From Phyllosticta citribraziliensis (Eukaryota): a stretch of DNA of 64,000 bases. Of this stretch, positions 1 to 12,717 are shown one piece after another (position 1 is the stretch's first letter; each line of letters starts with the position of its first letter). A model generated the notes under the pieces. It did no database searches, was not told where the DNA came from, and saw only the letters and a list, made by a program, of their open reading frames with translations. Where the stretch lies: the NCBI RefSeq assembly GCF_038025025.1, contig NW_027117344.1, positions 1,922,001 through 1,986,000 on the forward strand, in the 5' to 3' direction. Made by a program: the position numbers and the translations under genes.

Positions 1-63
1 CGTCAATTATCCCCTCAGCTTTTCAAAAAGACGTGAACAATGAAGTCCTGTGCAACTACCCGG

Positions 64-201
64 CACGCGGAGGTTTACAGAGGATTGTGCCCTACAACGT
101 CTGTGGCTGCAGTGGAAGCTCAAGGAGCATTAATCCCAGCTACAGCTGAGTATCCCTGCTGCGCTGGGGGGGGGCTGCCATATCTTATGACATCCACCAT
201 G
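64..201. mobile_element. Degenerate copy of the CACAGTG-terminus MITE family
   Basis: Internal GGAGCATT motif; right end catatcttatgacatccaccatg resembles the family TIR catttctttcgacacccactgtg. Confidence 0.4.
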
Positions 202-1771
202 AAGGCGAGGGGTTTCGCCGTGTCTGATACCCAGGCCGTGTGCTGTCGCGGCGGCGAAATACCAAGGACTGCGCGCAAAATCTTCGAAGTCTCTGAGTTG
301 GTAGAAAGTGGGTAGAGGAACTTGGTTTCAGCCCTAGAAATCTATACATCCGCGAGCTCAACACATTGGAAAGCTCCACATGAAGTCACATGAAGTGCAG
401 CACAGACGCGAACTAGCCACGAACATGCACACGATCAAGTCTCGAGGCATATACAAAACAAGAGTAAGATATCGAACCGGATCGACAGCGAAACATTGGA
501 TCTCCGGAGATACTTGCTCAAGCAATAGAGAAGCCCAGAGGATGGCAGTTGACAGGTGAAGGAGAAACTGAAAAGTCACGCGTGCACCTACCATTTCCGG
601 CGGACGACTCCCTCACCTCGCGATCGCGAAAGCGAGCAGCGACGGAGATTGGCCTCGGTCCGAACTGGACATTGCAAAAACTCCTCGGAGAATGAAGATT
701 CCGCAACAACTTTCTATAAATGTCCAGCCACAACAGCAGACGGAACCAGCCGGCTGGACTGGGCAGGGCTTGAGTTAGCGAAAAGGGCTATTCGTGTCGG
801 TGAACGAGCAAGCGAGGCCGTCGCCACTCAACGGGTGTTCTCGAAGGACGACGACATCGTTGGACACAACTGTCAGCCTTGAGCTAGAGTAGCCAGCGGC
901 CGAAAGGGTGGCGGAGGCAGGGCAGGCAGAGCAGAAGACGGAGACATTTCCAGGTGGGATCTGATGGGTACTGGTACCGGGACCGCGGCGGGCTGGACCC
1001 AATGGCCAGGTCCAAGGTGCAGGACGTACGTCTGCCGCGCTTGGCATGTCGAGCCGAGCCGGGCCGGCCTGGGCCGGTGCGCATCACTTGACAGATGCTG
1101 ACAATCGCTCTTCTTAGACGTGTTGCGAGGTCCAGAGGGAAAGACTAGACGGTGGCGTTGCGGACTGTGTAACATTGGGTTGATGATGCGATAGGGGTTG
1201 GATGACGGAGGTCGGAGCCAGTTCTTCGGATCCAGAGGGGATAATCTGGTTTGAGGGTGCCTCGTTTGCGCGGCTGCTCTGAAGAGTTGCTCAGGTACGA
1301 GATGTGGAGAAAAACTATTCGGTGTCGCTGGATAGTCGAGCAAGGCGAAGGAGTAGCCTCGCAATGCTGAACTGCTAAGCCACCACCTCGTCTTCAATTG
1401 GACAAGTTGGCGGTGATGAATCCTGATTGTGATCGTGATCTCTTGCCGTTCTCTGGCTCTCGACAGACTATCGATTTGCAGAGCCAGGAACGTTTCTCTC
1501 CGTCAACGAGGTTAACCACCGGATTGGGAATGGTGACGGTCGTCGAGCTAACCCGACAAGGGAGTCGCGCTGATTTCGTCATGTCCATTCGGTAAAGGAC
1601 CAGGTCAGCTCAATTTCGATTGGACGTCGACTCGTGGACGGTGACAGCCTGGAAGCGTGGGCGTGGTAAAGGGTTCCTCCATCCCTGTCTTTGGTACTCA
1701 AGCTTCGTCGTCGTCTCGCAGGTATATGTATATCCCTGGCCCAAGACGGAGGGGTATTTTCGGCAAGCAAA

Positions 1772-2972
1772 ATGGCTACCTTCGACGTCAAACCCTCCAA
1801 CTACGTGTTCGTGGTCGACTCACCGGAGAACAATGCGACTTCGCCAATTACGAGCGCCGGCCATGGACCAACAGGCCCTTTGAGAACGACGCGATGGAAA
1901 GCCGACTGCCATCCCCGAGCGCGTGAAGTGTGCGAGCGTGTGGATCGCTTTTACTACAACTCCTGGCCATTCAAGAGTGTCGATGCAAAGAAAAAGTTTC
2001 TCAAGACCGGGATTCCCAGGTTCGCCTGTCTCAGTCATCCGAGGGCGACAGACGACAGGATTTACTTTGCATGCAGCCTGTACACGCTTTTGTTCCTCAT
2101 CGACGGTAAGGAGCCCACAACCCGAGTTTGATCGAACCAAGCTGACAAAACAAGACTTGCTCGAAGACATGTCTTTGGTAGAAGGCAAGGCCTTCAATCG
2201 CAGCCTAGTCTCTCTGATGCGCGGAGATAGACAACCAGACAGTCGGTACCCCTGTCCTCAATTGTTGCACACGCTCACAGTGCCACAGGAACGATTCCCG
2301 TCGAGTACATAACATACGATTTGTGGAAAGAAATGCGTGCCTGCGACAACAGATTGACAGCCGAAGTGCTCGAAGCAACGGTTGGATTCATGGAGGCGCA
2401 GACTGAGCAGGTCAGAATAGAGATGCAAGACTTTGGACAGTACCTCAGGTACAGGGACAGGGATGTCGGACAAGCGTATGAACTCTCTTTCTGTTGGATT
2501 CCCCAACCTTTCTGACTTGAACAGAGTTATGGCCGCGGTCGGACGTTATACCATTGGAATCCGGTTGACTCCAGACGAATTTCGGCGCGTGTCGCGGATC
2601 GATACAAACAGCGCAAGGCACCTGGGCGTCGTCAACGACATTTGCAGCTGGGATAAAGAGGTCAGCAAAGCGGAACAGTCTACAGAAGAAGGAGCAGTGC
2701 TCTGCTCCGCGGTCAAGACGCTGGCAGACGTGTCCGCACTGAGTCCCGCGGCAGCAAAGCGGCTCCTGTGGACCATGGTGGGGGAATGGGAGCTCCAACA
2801 CGAGGAGCTACACCAGCAACTCATTCGTTCGCCAGAGGGTTACCGCGACGAACTGGGCAAATATGTTTCGGCGCTCGAGGATCTGATGAGCGGCCATTTG
2901 CATTGGAGCATCACAACGCCGCGGTACGGATTTTCGGAGTCGAGCAGCAGTTCGTCCTTTGCCGGCATGTGA
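1772..2972 (+). CDS. Class I sesquiterpene synthase, aristolochene synthase-like (4 exons)
   Basis: Splicing 2106-2154, 2242-2288 and 2476-2524 gives the Asp-rich motif LIDDLLEDM, IPVEYITYDLW, the NSE/DTE motif NDICSWDKE and a C-terminal RY pair. Confidence 0.9.
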
Positions 2973-4288
2973 TTTTGGGGAATTGATCGTTTCGAGCAGA
3001 CCACGCCTCAGCAGGCTTTTCCTGTCAGTCAATAATTGTCAAGCTAAATGCGACGCCGCAGAAATTCGCGTCCGAGTGCTCAAGTGAAAGTGATTTCAGG
3101 GGTAATGGCCCCATCCACCGGCGAGTCCCGTGAAAATGCAACCAGCCTAGAAATAGCGAGGCCACGCAGCATATCGTGTCAGTACCGCCGCATTATCATG
3201 TCCGGGGCGTCGCAAGTGGGGGATCGTGCACGAGTTGAGTCTGTGTGTGTTGCTGATTTTGGGACCTTGGCCAGTGGCCTTCGAGGACAAGACGACGCTG
3301 CAGTCGATATCGTACACATGGCCAGATCAGCGTCCGAGTCTGCGGGGTACTTGCACCAAGGCGTTGGAAATCTCCAATAAGGCCTCGTGGCTGTTGTTGA
3401 TTCTGCCGTGTGACGTTGATTTGGCGGCAGTACATGGCGCCAGCGTCACGTTTAAACTGGAACCGCAGTGATTGCCTTGGAGCTCGTATCAGCCCCTCAG
3501 TGATTGAGATAGGGAGAAAGTGGAGTTCAGGAGAGACAGCATCGCATGTCGGGCGCGAGTCGAGCTTGTTGCAGCAGGTCACGCCGGGGGAGACGTAGAG
3601 GAGTGACGACAGTCGAGGCGGTGCATGAGCCGGGCGCAGGACGGGCTTTGAGCAACGATGAAGATGGACCCAAGTGAAACGACGGGCAGCTCCCGGTGAA
3701 GCGGATTTGGGGATGCCACGGCCGATGGTAGCCGGTTGGGGCACACGCGGCCTGTCCAGGTGAGCATCCCAATTCCCAATAGCCTCGCAGTGGCTCGGCC
3801 GTGAGCAAGTAAAATGGAAACAGGGAAGCCGTGGGTGAAACGACGCGCAACCGGTCATGATGAGGAGTTGCGGCAGAGGCAGCCAATGCGGACGACGTTG
3901 TTAGTCAAGATGCCAGGCGCGATGCGCATCTCTCCCAAAGCGACGGGGCAGTGGAGCAGTCAGGAGAAGCGATGCGACAGCACGGGCAAGCGATGCTTGA
4001 TAAAAGTGGTGGACGGGGCGGCGGGACAGGGAAAGGAGAGCAGAGAGTGTCGTGAGAGTTTGCGGGTTGTCGAATCGCGGTGGTGAGGTGAGGGCGTGAA
4101 GCAGGGCGGGCTGCCGGATCGGGCATGGCGCCAACGCGCACATCAGCCAAGTCGGCGAGCACGTCAGCGCAGCCATTCGCGTCGCCCGGGCGCACTTCCT
4201 ATCTGCATCCCACCAACCTACTCCTGCACGCCCTGCATCCTGTGTGCCAGTCCAGCGCCTGTGCCTCGAGGCCATGACCGTCGCGACC

Positions 4289-5782
4289 ATGTTCCGAATA
4301 AGAGCGCCTGTCCGCCATGCCCGCCGAACGCTGGATTTCGCCATTTTCAGACAGTATAGCACCATCATGTCCCGCCGCGAATCGTATGCCACCACAGCCG
4401 CTGCCCCATATGGAGCCGTCGTAGTCGGTGGAGGTCCTGCTGGCATTACCGTTATTGGCAATCTTCTTGAGCAGCGCCAGCAGAGGCTTCTTTGGGTTGA
4501 TCCGGCCTTCCGTGCTGGCCGGGTCAACGCCGCCTACAGAGAGGTGCCCAGGCATGTCATGATCCTCTCAACTTTTTTTGCCTCCTCTGCTGACCGCCTC
4601 CAGCAACACCGCCGTCGCTCTCTTTCTCCAGTTTGCCCAGGCCGTCGAGCCCTTCCAAAAGATCGTCGACGCCACCCCCGAGCCAAATGCCGTGTCGGTC
4701 CTCCGAAGTCTTCCCCAGGACAAGGGCTGCGATCTGTCCAAGGCCGCCGATATGTGCTTGATGCTGAGCGAAGGCTTGGCCAAGCACGAGCAGGTCCACC
4801 AGCAGCTGGGCAAAGTCACTGCCGCCACATTCGACAAGGTAGCTATCAATCCACCATGTCATGGCTCGTGAAGCGCCACAGTGGCTGACTAGGAACCGGC
4901 GAACAGACTACGAACCAATGGACCGTGTCGCTGGAAAACGCGCCATCACCCGTTGTCGCTTCAAACGTCGTCCTGTGTACCGGCTCGTCGCCCATTTCCT
5001 CGCCGCTGCCAATCATGGACCGCATGCAGCATCTCAAGATGAACGCAATTCACCTTGACACGGCGCTCGCTCCTTCGAAGCTCCAGACCCTGTTTGATCC
5101 GTCGTCTCTTGCCACCGTTGCCGTTATTGGCGCCTCGCACTCTGCCATTCTCGTTCTCCGCAACCTGTACAACATTGCCAACACGTCGCACCCGAATCTG
5201 CGCATCAAGTGGTTCACGCGCAACAAGCTGCGCTATGCTGTCAAGATGGACGGGTGGATACTGCGCGACAACACGGGATTGAAAGGCGAGGCTGCGGAGT
5301 GGGCACGGCAAAATCTCGAGGAGGACGGCGTCTTTGAGAAGAGTCCTGTCTCGAGGCTTGTCAAGAAAATCTGGACAGAAAAGGGTAAAGAAGACGCGAC
5401 CTACAACGCCGAGCTGCCGGGGTGTACGCACGTTGTGCAAGCAATTGGCTACAAGCAAGACCCCACCCCAGACCTGAGCATCACCGAAGGTCCCGGCGCA
5501 CCAGCAGAGCCATTGACCGTTGTATACGAGCCCTTGAGTGGGAGATTCGTAAAGAGCGTTCCGATTGGAAGTGCGGCAGTTAGCACCTCGAGCACCGCCT
5601 CGGCAACGACGGCCCAGAGCGCAGACGACTACATGGAATTCGTGCCAGGACTTTTCGGAGCGGGCATCGCGTACCCTGAGCGGGTCACCGATCCGTATGG
5701 AAACGTCGAGTACGCGGTTGGGTTCTGGAAGTTCATGAGGTTTTTGAAGAGAGCCGTTCCGGAATGGGTAAGCCAGCGTTGA
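4289..5782 (+). CDS. FAD/NAD(P)-binding pyridine nucleotide-disulfide oxidoreductase-like protein, possible mitochondrial presequence
   Basis: VVVGGGPAG Rossmann motif, second motif VAVIGASHS, Arg-rich N-terminus. First intron 4552-4603 is GC-AG and restores YREVPSNT; second intron starts near 4839. Confidence 0.8.
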
Positions 5783-6223
5783 TGAGAAGGCGGAGGAGTG
5801 AGATTGGATTGAAAGTGGAGGAACAACAAACGCCCACATGCACGTCAGATGAACGACACGCGAGCATAGCCGAAGCGGGGGAGGGGCATCATCCAGCCAC
5901 CACCGCCACATTGGATGTGGCGCGTCACGCTGGCAGAAGTCGACCAATGTCGGCGCTTTGGATTTTTTTCAACTTGATCAGGCGACGCATTCGATACCCC
6001 ATGCTGCGACATTGCTTCAGCTGAGCTTTCCGTTGCGCTGATCCTTTGGGGAAGCGGGAGCGGCGTTGAGCAGCATTGGTACCTGCTCCTAGGTTGTTTG
6101 CCAAGGGCTTTCAACAGCCCGCTGGATACAGGACCTGGATATTCATCACCATCACATCTCGATAGACGATAGACGTAGAGAGCAAGGGGCTGGAAAGGCC
6201 GTTTTATTCTTCATTGTCCGTCG

Positions 6224-6409
6224 CACAGTGGGTGTCGAAAGAAATGCGACAGACCTCCTGGCAATATGAGTGCACTTGGGGAGCATTCATCTGCTGTTGT
6301 AGTCGCCCTTTGTGGAGCATTCATTCAACAGTGTAGCCACACTTAGGGAGCATCGGTTCACTGCTGCATCTAGACTTAGGGTGTCTCATTTCTTTCTACA
6401 CCCACTGTG
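6224..6409. mobile_element. MITE (186 bp) with ~23-28 bp TIRs starting CACAGTG
   Basis: Left CACAGTGGGTGTCGAAAGAAATG and right CATTTCTTTCTACACCCACTGTG match 22/23 as inverted repeats; GTCG on both flanks; three internal ~33-bp GGAGCAT units. Confidence 0.85.
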
Positions 6410-8452
6410 GTCGATTCTCCTTCGTTCGTGACTGTGGGACCATTAAGCCTCGGCAGTTTCCCAGACTTCGTGCAGTAGCCGAAAAGTTCAAGTCGACGCG
6501 ATATCCGCTCGATTCGTCCAGTGCGTCCCCGTCGAGCGCCGATTCAACGTCCACAGCATGTGCATCTGGACATGGCGGAGCATTGTCCGTACCGAGTTCA
6601 TGAGAACATCCTGGCCACTTGGAAAAGATGTCTTGCGGGCATGTTTTTACGTCGACAACCTAGCTGCAGTCTCAAAGAGAAAGCAGCAATAGCGCCGTAG
6701 TTCGCGTGAACTTGGGGGTGTCTATTGACAACACCAACCGCCCTGGCATTGGATAAAAGTCACCAAGGCTAGAGAAAACGATGCAGCCCTCTGCAGGTTC
6801 CATCGATTCTGTCGAAACAGAACACCTGCGAGCCTCGCGATCATGGAAACAGGTCCAAGCGGCCGGACGACATTTGACGCCTCGCGCAGCCCTGCAACCA
6901 CCAGCGATAGTAATGACGCCAAAAGCCGCCCGCTGTGACATCACAGCCGACACTCTGTCTGGAAACAGAAGGCGCACACGCCCTGGTGGGCAGAGCAGGA
7001 CTGTCGATGTACATCCTCGGCTCTTGCCCCCACAAGCACGGCGAGGCATGTGGCTGCGAAACGGGACGGTAATCTGGGGACCCCATGGGGTCGCTAGCGC
7101 AGATCGGCCGGCCGGCTTGCATTGGATTGGCAGGCAGGCGTGCAGGATGAAGACAGGCATCTTGTTTACTTCAAACGGCGATGCTCCTCGGCGATTTGCA
7201 TGGCGAGGCTTGATGGTGCCAGTAGGTCGACTTGGGCTGGTGGTGATGTTGTTGGCGTGCACAGCGATTCTCAAACCCAACCAACGACGGTGAAACCAAA
7301 GGAGCAATAGGAACTGCCCTGGCGCTATAGCGAGTCAACAGAAGTGAAAACGAAGAAAATAAGCGTATCCGTGTAGCCACACGTCATCTTATTGTTCAAA
7401 CTCAAAGCCACGCAGACACAAACGGCGTGCGGCGTAAATAATGAAGCGGCGCCTGTCCTGGCCTTAATTGCAACTCAGAGAGCACCTCGCGCCCGTGAAG
7501 AGAAAGGCCGCGACGCAGCCAGAATCCAAAACCGGCAGCGAGATGGTTAGGGACCGGGCTTGATCCAGGGGTGTTTGCGCTAAGCTTTGGGCCCGTGGCT
7601 GAAATTTGGCCAACCTACTCATGACACTGACTGTGCGCGCAAACTCTGTTGGTCGTTGTTGGCTGGGTACTTGGTCATTACAACAGCGCAGAAGAAGAGA
7701 GAGCGCAGAGAGCTTGTAACCCGCCGGTCAGGTCGCATTGCTTTCTTATCGCCCTACCATACTTTTGGACAGTTGCGTAAATCACACGACGTACCCCTTT
7801 CCCGCGCAGGCCGCGAACGATGACGACAGACGACGGCTCCCGCTTCAACAATCCTCCAACCACCAAGCTCATCGCAGGTCGCAAGAGCAGCAGCTGAGAA
7901 AGGCAGGGAACGTGAGGAGAGAGGAGAAACCCCACGGGAAAGTACCGAGGCGGACGCAGGGAGGTCCCCCGACGCAAGCGCAGTCTCGACTCGCAATCTT
8001 GGGTAGAGTTGGTTTCCAAACGCAGCTAAAGCCTCTGGAAATAAATTGAACCAGCCCGAGGTTTGTTGCAGTTGCTCCGCGCGGCGCGTGAGGAACAAGC
8101 TTGTCCTGTGTGTGCGTGCGTCGGTTGTGCTTTTAGCCCTGCTGCGAGGAAAACACTGCTTTCTTCATCTGATCGTGCGGAGGTCGTCGGCTGGGCGCCC
8201 TCCACCCCGGTCTGCCCTGCCGTGTCAGTATTGATATCTGAACGGGCCGCTCTTGCAACTCTGCGAGCGAGTATCTTTTCGAGCCTGAATAGTGTCACGT
8301 TGTGCCCCTCCGCTGGACGATTCAGTCGACCTTCGCATCGGTACAACTGGTGTACGGCATCAAACTTCAACACCAACTTTTCATCACGACCTTGGAATCG
8401 TTAGAGGCTGGATACCTCGACCAATTAGGCAACAGCAAACTCACCGTCCATC

Positions 8453-10306
8453 ATGCCGGACCACTACACGGAGGACTTTAAAGTCCCGCAGACTTTTACG
8501 CGGACTGACAGTTCCAACTCCCAGCCGTCGATGCGCATGGCGCGGTTGGAGCATGTCGACACGGAGGGCGAATCTTTGAACCACGTCGGACTGCTGTACA
8601 AAAATGGGCGCATTGTGTTGCAGCCAGCGCCCTCGGCGGACCCCAAGGACCCGCTCAACTTGCCATTCTGGCGCAAGTTCGTCGCAATCTTCACGCTGTG
8701 CTTCTTTGGCGCCATGGCCGCCGCTGCCGAATTGATCCTCGGCGCGATGTTGCCGATTTTCGTTCTCTACTACGCTGGTAAGCTTTGGAGTCTAGCTGTG
8801 TACAAGCAGAATCCTTACTTTAACAGGCTACGACCCAAAATACATCAAAGTTTTGAGCGATTCGGGTGGACTGCCCAAGGGGACAGATCCGCTCAAGACG
8901 TTGTCGATGCTGCCCGACGCCCCTCCCATCTGGCACGTCTATCTTTTGGCGTCATTGCCGGTGCTCATGATGGGTGTTGCGAACTTGTTCTTGGTGCCGT
9001 TGGCTATTGCTGTGGGTCGGCGAAGTGTCACTCTCGCCACTGGTGTCCTGGCCATCTGTGGAATCATTTGGGCTGGGTTCAGCAAGAGCTTGGCCAGCCA
9101 CATCTGCGGGCGGTGTCTGCAAGCTCTTGGCGCTGGTACGGTGGAGAGCTTGCTGCCGTTTATTGTTCAGGACATGGTGTTCGTCCACCAGAGAAACACC
9201 GCCATCTCAGGAGTCTTTGCCGCTCAGGTATGTCGTGTCGGCAAGTGTTTGGCAGCCCACTGACTTGGACAGGGCGTAATTATCATGACACTCGGTATCG
9301 GAGCGCCATACATCATCATCGATCTTGACTGGCGCTGGGTGTATCACATCACCGCCATCGCCGCAAGTTGCTTCCTGGTCGGCGTCTTCTTCTTCGTCCC
9401 CGAGACCCGCTGGTCTCGCACCAAGGCCGCCATGCGTAAGATCCGTGCACTTCCTTCAAATGGTCGATTCTAACCAAAGTAGGAGGCGAGCTTCCCCCTG
9501 AAGCCAAGGAGCGAGATCCAGACATGCTCCGTGTGCCCATCGACAACATGCGCTACGCGCCGCGCACCTTCCGCTACGATCTTGCTCTCTTCCACGGCAA
9601 TTTCGACTTCCGGGCAGGCTGGGATGCCTTGTACGACACGTTCCGGACCTTCTTCTACCCTCACATTTTCTTCGTGACGATGCTCAACTCGGCCATGATC
9701 GCCACCGCTTTTGCTGCCGGCTATGTTGCTGCGCCCGCGCTGCTCACGGCGCCATACTCGTGGCCTTTCTTGCATCTGGGATTCTCTCTCTTCTCGGTCC
9801 TCATCGCCAGCGTGTTTGCGTATCTCATTACGGGGCCGGTGGCTGACTGGATTGCCAATGCTGTCGCGAAGAAGCGTGGAGTGCGGGTGGCCGAGAACCA
9901 GATCTTCAATCTCATCCTGCCCACCCTCGTTGGCATAATCGGAGCCGTCATCTTCGGTCTCGCGGGCTCGAATCAATCCAAGTACCCGTGGCCCGTCTTC
10001 GTCACGGGACTGGGCTTCATGGCCTTTGGTTTCCTCGCCGCCAATACCGTGGGCGCGGTGTACGTCCTTGAAAGCTACCCGCAGCTGGCCGGTCCGGCGC
10101 TGGTCAACATTGCCAGCTTCAGGTGTCTGATTGCCTTTGTGCTCAGCTTCAAGGTGTCCGAGTGGGTTGCCGACATGGGGTACCTGAAAAGCTTTGGCAT
10201 GTACGCGGGCATCATCGGCGTTTTTGCGCTGCTCCTTCCGGTCGTCTACATCTGGGGCCCGGCATGGCGCAAGAGGTGGCCCGCCAACTGGGAGTGTCGT
10301 TATTGA
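8453..10306 (+). CDS. Major facilitator superfamily transporter (multi-exon)
   Basis: LQPAPSADPKDPLNLPFWRK N-terminal motif, many hydrophobic helices, VPETRW motif; introns near 8778, 9228 and 9436. Confidence 0.9.
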
Positions 10307-11697
10307 TGAAAGCGGGGCTGATCAAAGGACGATGAATCGTCGCAGGGTGCAGGCCATGGCTGGTTGGCAACTGGAGGTCATTGTGCCTCCAAGTGATACT
10401 GACCCGGCTTTAGCAAGATTTTGAGGCGCCATGAGGGAACGGGTTCAAGATGCTGCTCCGCATCAATGAGCTTAGACTTGGCAGTGATGTTGAACGCTGG
10501 AAGTATTCATCCGAGAGCAGCTCTTTCGCTCCTGACGAGGCTGAAGACCGATCAATTCCAAGTAGGGAGCTTGTCTTGGGTCTGTTGGTCATCATGTCGG
10601 CATTTGAGTAGTAGAGGTCTTACAAACTGGATAAAACTGAAGTGGGACTCAAGCGTTAGTCAGTTCGGTCGAAAAGGTTGTCGTAATCGCAATGTGGGTT
10701 GAATGATGGCGAGTAGATGAGTTCAGTTGAAACAAGATTGAACGAAGAACGTACCGTGACCGGTTCAGGGCCAGAGACAGCTGTTGGAAGTGACAGTGGA
10801 AATATGGATGACTCACAGGGCGAGTGAATCACCCTTATACAAACAGCCGCGGCACGGTAATGCGCGGCTTGAACCGAGTCTCGGGCGTAAGACACGAACA
10901 CTCGACAAGCTTCTCAAATTGACTTTGCTCATCAGCAAGTGTTGCTGCCTTGGAGTCAACAAAGACACCTTTGGCGGCAGGGAAATCAGCGTTGCCGAAT
11001 GCGTGTCGCGAAAAATATCTAGCATCGGCCGTATCTGTGGTCGTTGCGCTTCCCTGCTCGTCGTGAGACGACCTGCAGATGGTTCGCATGCACGAACCTC
11101 GCCTCAAAGGGACCGACCTTTGAACCTGTTGGGGTTGTGTTGAAAACTTGAAAGCATGGGAAGCATCTCATGGTGCGGCAATATCTCCGGGCAGAGACAA
11201 CGGCTGCATCCATGGAGCATTCGTCTACTCGTGCGGATGGAGCTAGTCTGAGGAATCAGAAGCCGGGACATTTCAAAACAATGCTGCTTGATTTTGAGTT
11301 CGTAAATGACGCCCACGAACGTTGTGTGGAAGATCCATCATCTGAGGTCTGTGATAAACTGCCAGAAAGGCTCGGGGCGAGCGGAACGAAATGTTCGCCG
11401 AGACGCTTCCGAATTCGGGAATCTTGAGGCGATACCGCATCGGAACCTCCTTTCCCGGGAACCACGAAGTTGATTGTTGGACTTTCAAGCCAGGTACCTG
11501 TAGGCACGTCTTTGGGCGAAAATCATTCCGAGTTGCAAGCCACGTATCCTTTCACCGGACACGGACAAATCTGGGTGATTGTCGACGTTGGAATTCCCGG
11601 AAAACAGTCAATCGAGTGTGCAGATCAATAGCCAAAAGTTTCATCTATTCTTATCGTACAATTGATTGCTCGTACTCATACAGTCGTAGGCATCCGT

Positions 11698-12717
11698 TTA
11701 GAAAGCGGATGCTCCTCCGTCAGCGGTGATGACAGCTCCGTTGACGGGCACAGCGTTGTCCGAAGACAAGAAGACGATAGTCTTGGCAACCTTTTCAACC
11801 TCGGCGTTAGAAGGGCAAGGAATACTCAGGAGTTGCTGGCAAAGCGCAAGACCCTCTTCGTTCGGGACACCATCAAAAGACTTGAAAATGTTCGTGTGCA
11901 GAGGGCCCGGGAGAATGGCGTTGCAGCGGATCTTCTTGTTGGCGTAGCGGGCAGCAGTATTCTTCGTGAGTCCGATCAGCCCTAGGGAATGTAAGTCTAG
12001 GTCGAAAATGGAGGTTTTCCTACGATAATCACTTACCGTGCTTAGAAGCAGTGTAGGCCGCTCCTGAGAAGATGTTAGTTGAAAGCTCGAAGAGGTGCGT
12101 CCTGAGAAGCGCCATGGCGGCACGCCGATTCGAAGGATAAATAGGAACTGACCTGCAAACCCGCCACTGAGAGAAGATACTGAGCCCACGTTGATGATGA
12201 CACCACCAGGGTTCTTCTGGCTCAGGAATTGCTTCACGGCGTACTTGCTCATGAGCGCTGGGCCAGTCAGGTTGGTCGCAATGACCTTGTCCCACACAGT
12301 CTTCTCCAAAGTATCGACCGGGTCGAAGCCGTCAATCACTCCGGCACAGTTGACGAGGACATCGATGCGGCCGAATTTGTGAAGGGCGTACTCGATCGCA
12401 TGCTCAGCGGATGCTTCTATCGTCACGTCGGCGTTCGTCTTGGCGAGGATGTTCTGGCAAAAGTTAGGCACCCTGCCACAGTCCCTTAAATCCGTATCGC
12501 AACTCACCAAGGGTCCAATATTGTACCAGTTCTCCAGCTCCTTCTCCGCCTCTGCGAGACCAACGTCGTTCACGTCGCAGATGCAGACCTTTGCCTTGGC
12601 CTCCAAGGCAGCTTTGGCAATCGCCCTTCCAAGGCCACTGGCGCCACCGGTGACGAGAACAATCTTGTCGTCGAGGAGAGGAGCCATCTTCTTGTTGAGA
12701 ATATCCGAGTTTGGCAT
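11698..12717 (-). CDS. Short-chain dehydrogenase/reductase
   Basis: TGGASGLG, VNCAG, YTASK catalytic motif after splicing, C-terminal ITADGG. Confidence 0.9.
   Translation of the reverse strand: MPNSDILNKKMAPLLDDKIVLVTGGASGLGRAIAKAALEAKAKVCICDVNDVGLAEAEKELENWYNIGPLVSCDTDLRDCGRVPNFCQNILAKTNADVTIEASAEHAIEYALHKFGRIDVLVNCAGVIDGFDPVDTLEKTVWDKVIATNLTGPALMSKYAVKQFLSQKNPGGVIINVGSVSSLSGGFAGQFLFILRIGVPPWRFSGRTSSSFQLTSSQERPTLLLSTVSDYRRKTSIFDLDLHSLGLIGLTKNTAARYANKKIRCNAILPGPLHTNIFKSFDGVPNEEGLALCQQLLSIPCPSNAEVEKVAKTIVFLSSDNAVPVNGAVITADGGASAF

Noticed and set aside
300..1600. Short ORFs upstream of the terpene synthase
   Set aside because: No recognisable domain or consistent splice model.
4961..5947. 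Long antisense ORFs over conserved genes (also 26725-27369, 54333-55064)
   Set aside because: Expected shadows of GC-rich coding sequence, with no independent motifs.
6278..6382. CRISPR-like repeat-spacer look of the GGAGCAT arrays
   Set aside because: Eukaryotic DNA, no cas genes, the repeat is only about 11 bp, and the linkers resemble each other; it is an internal minisatellite of a MITE.
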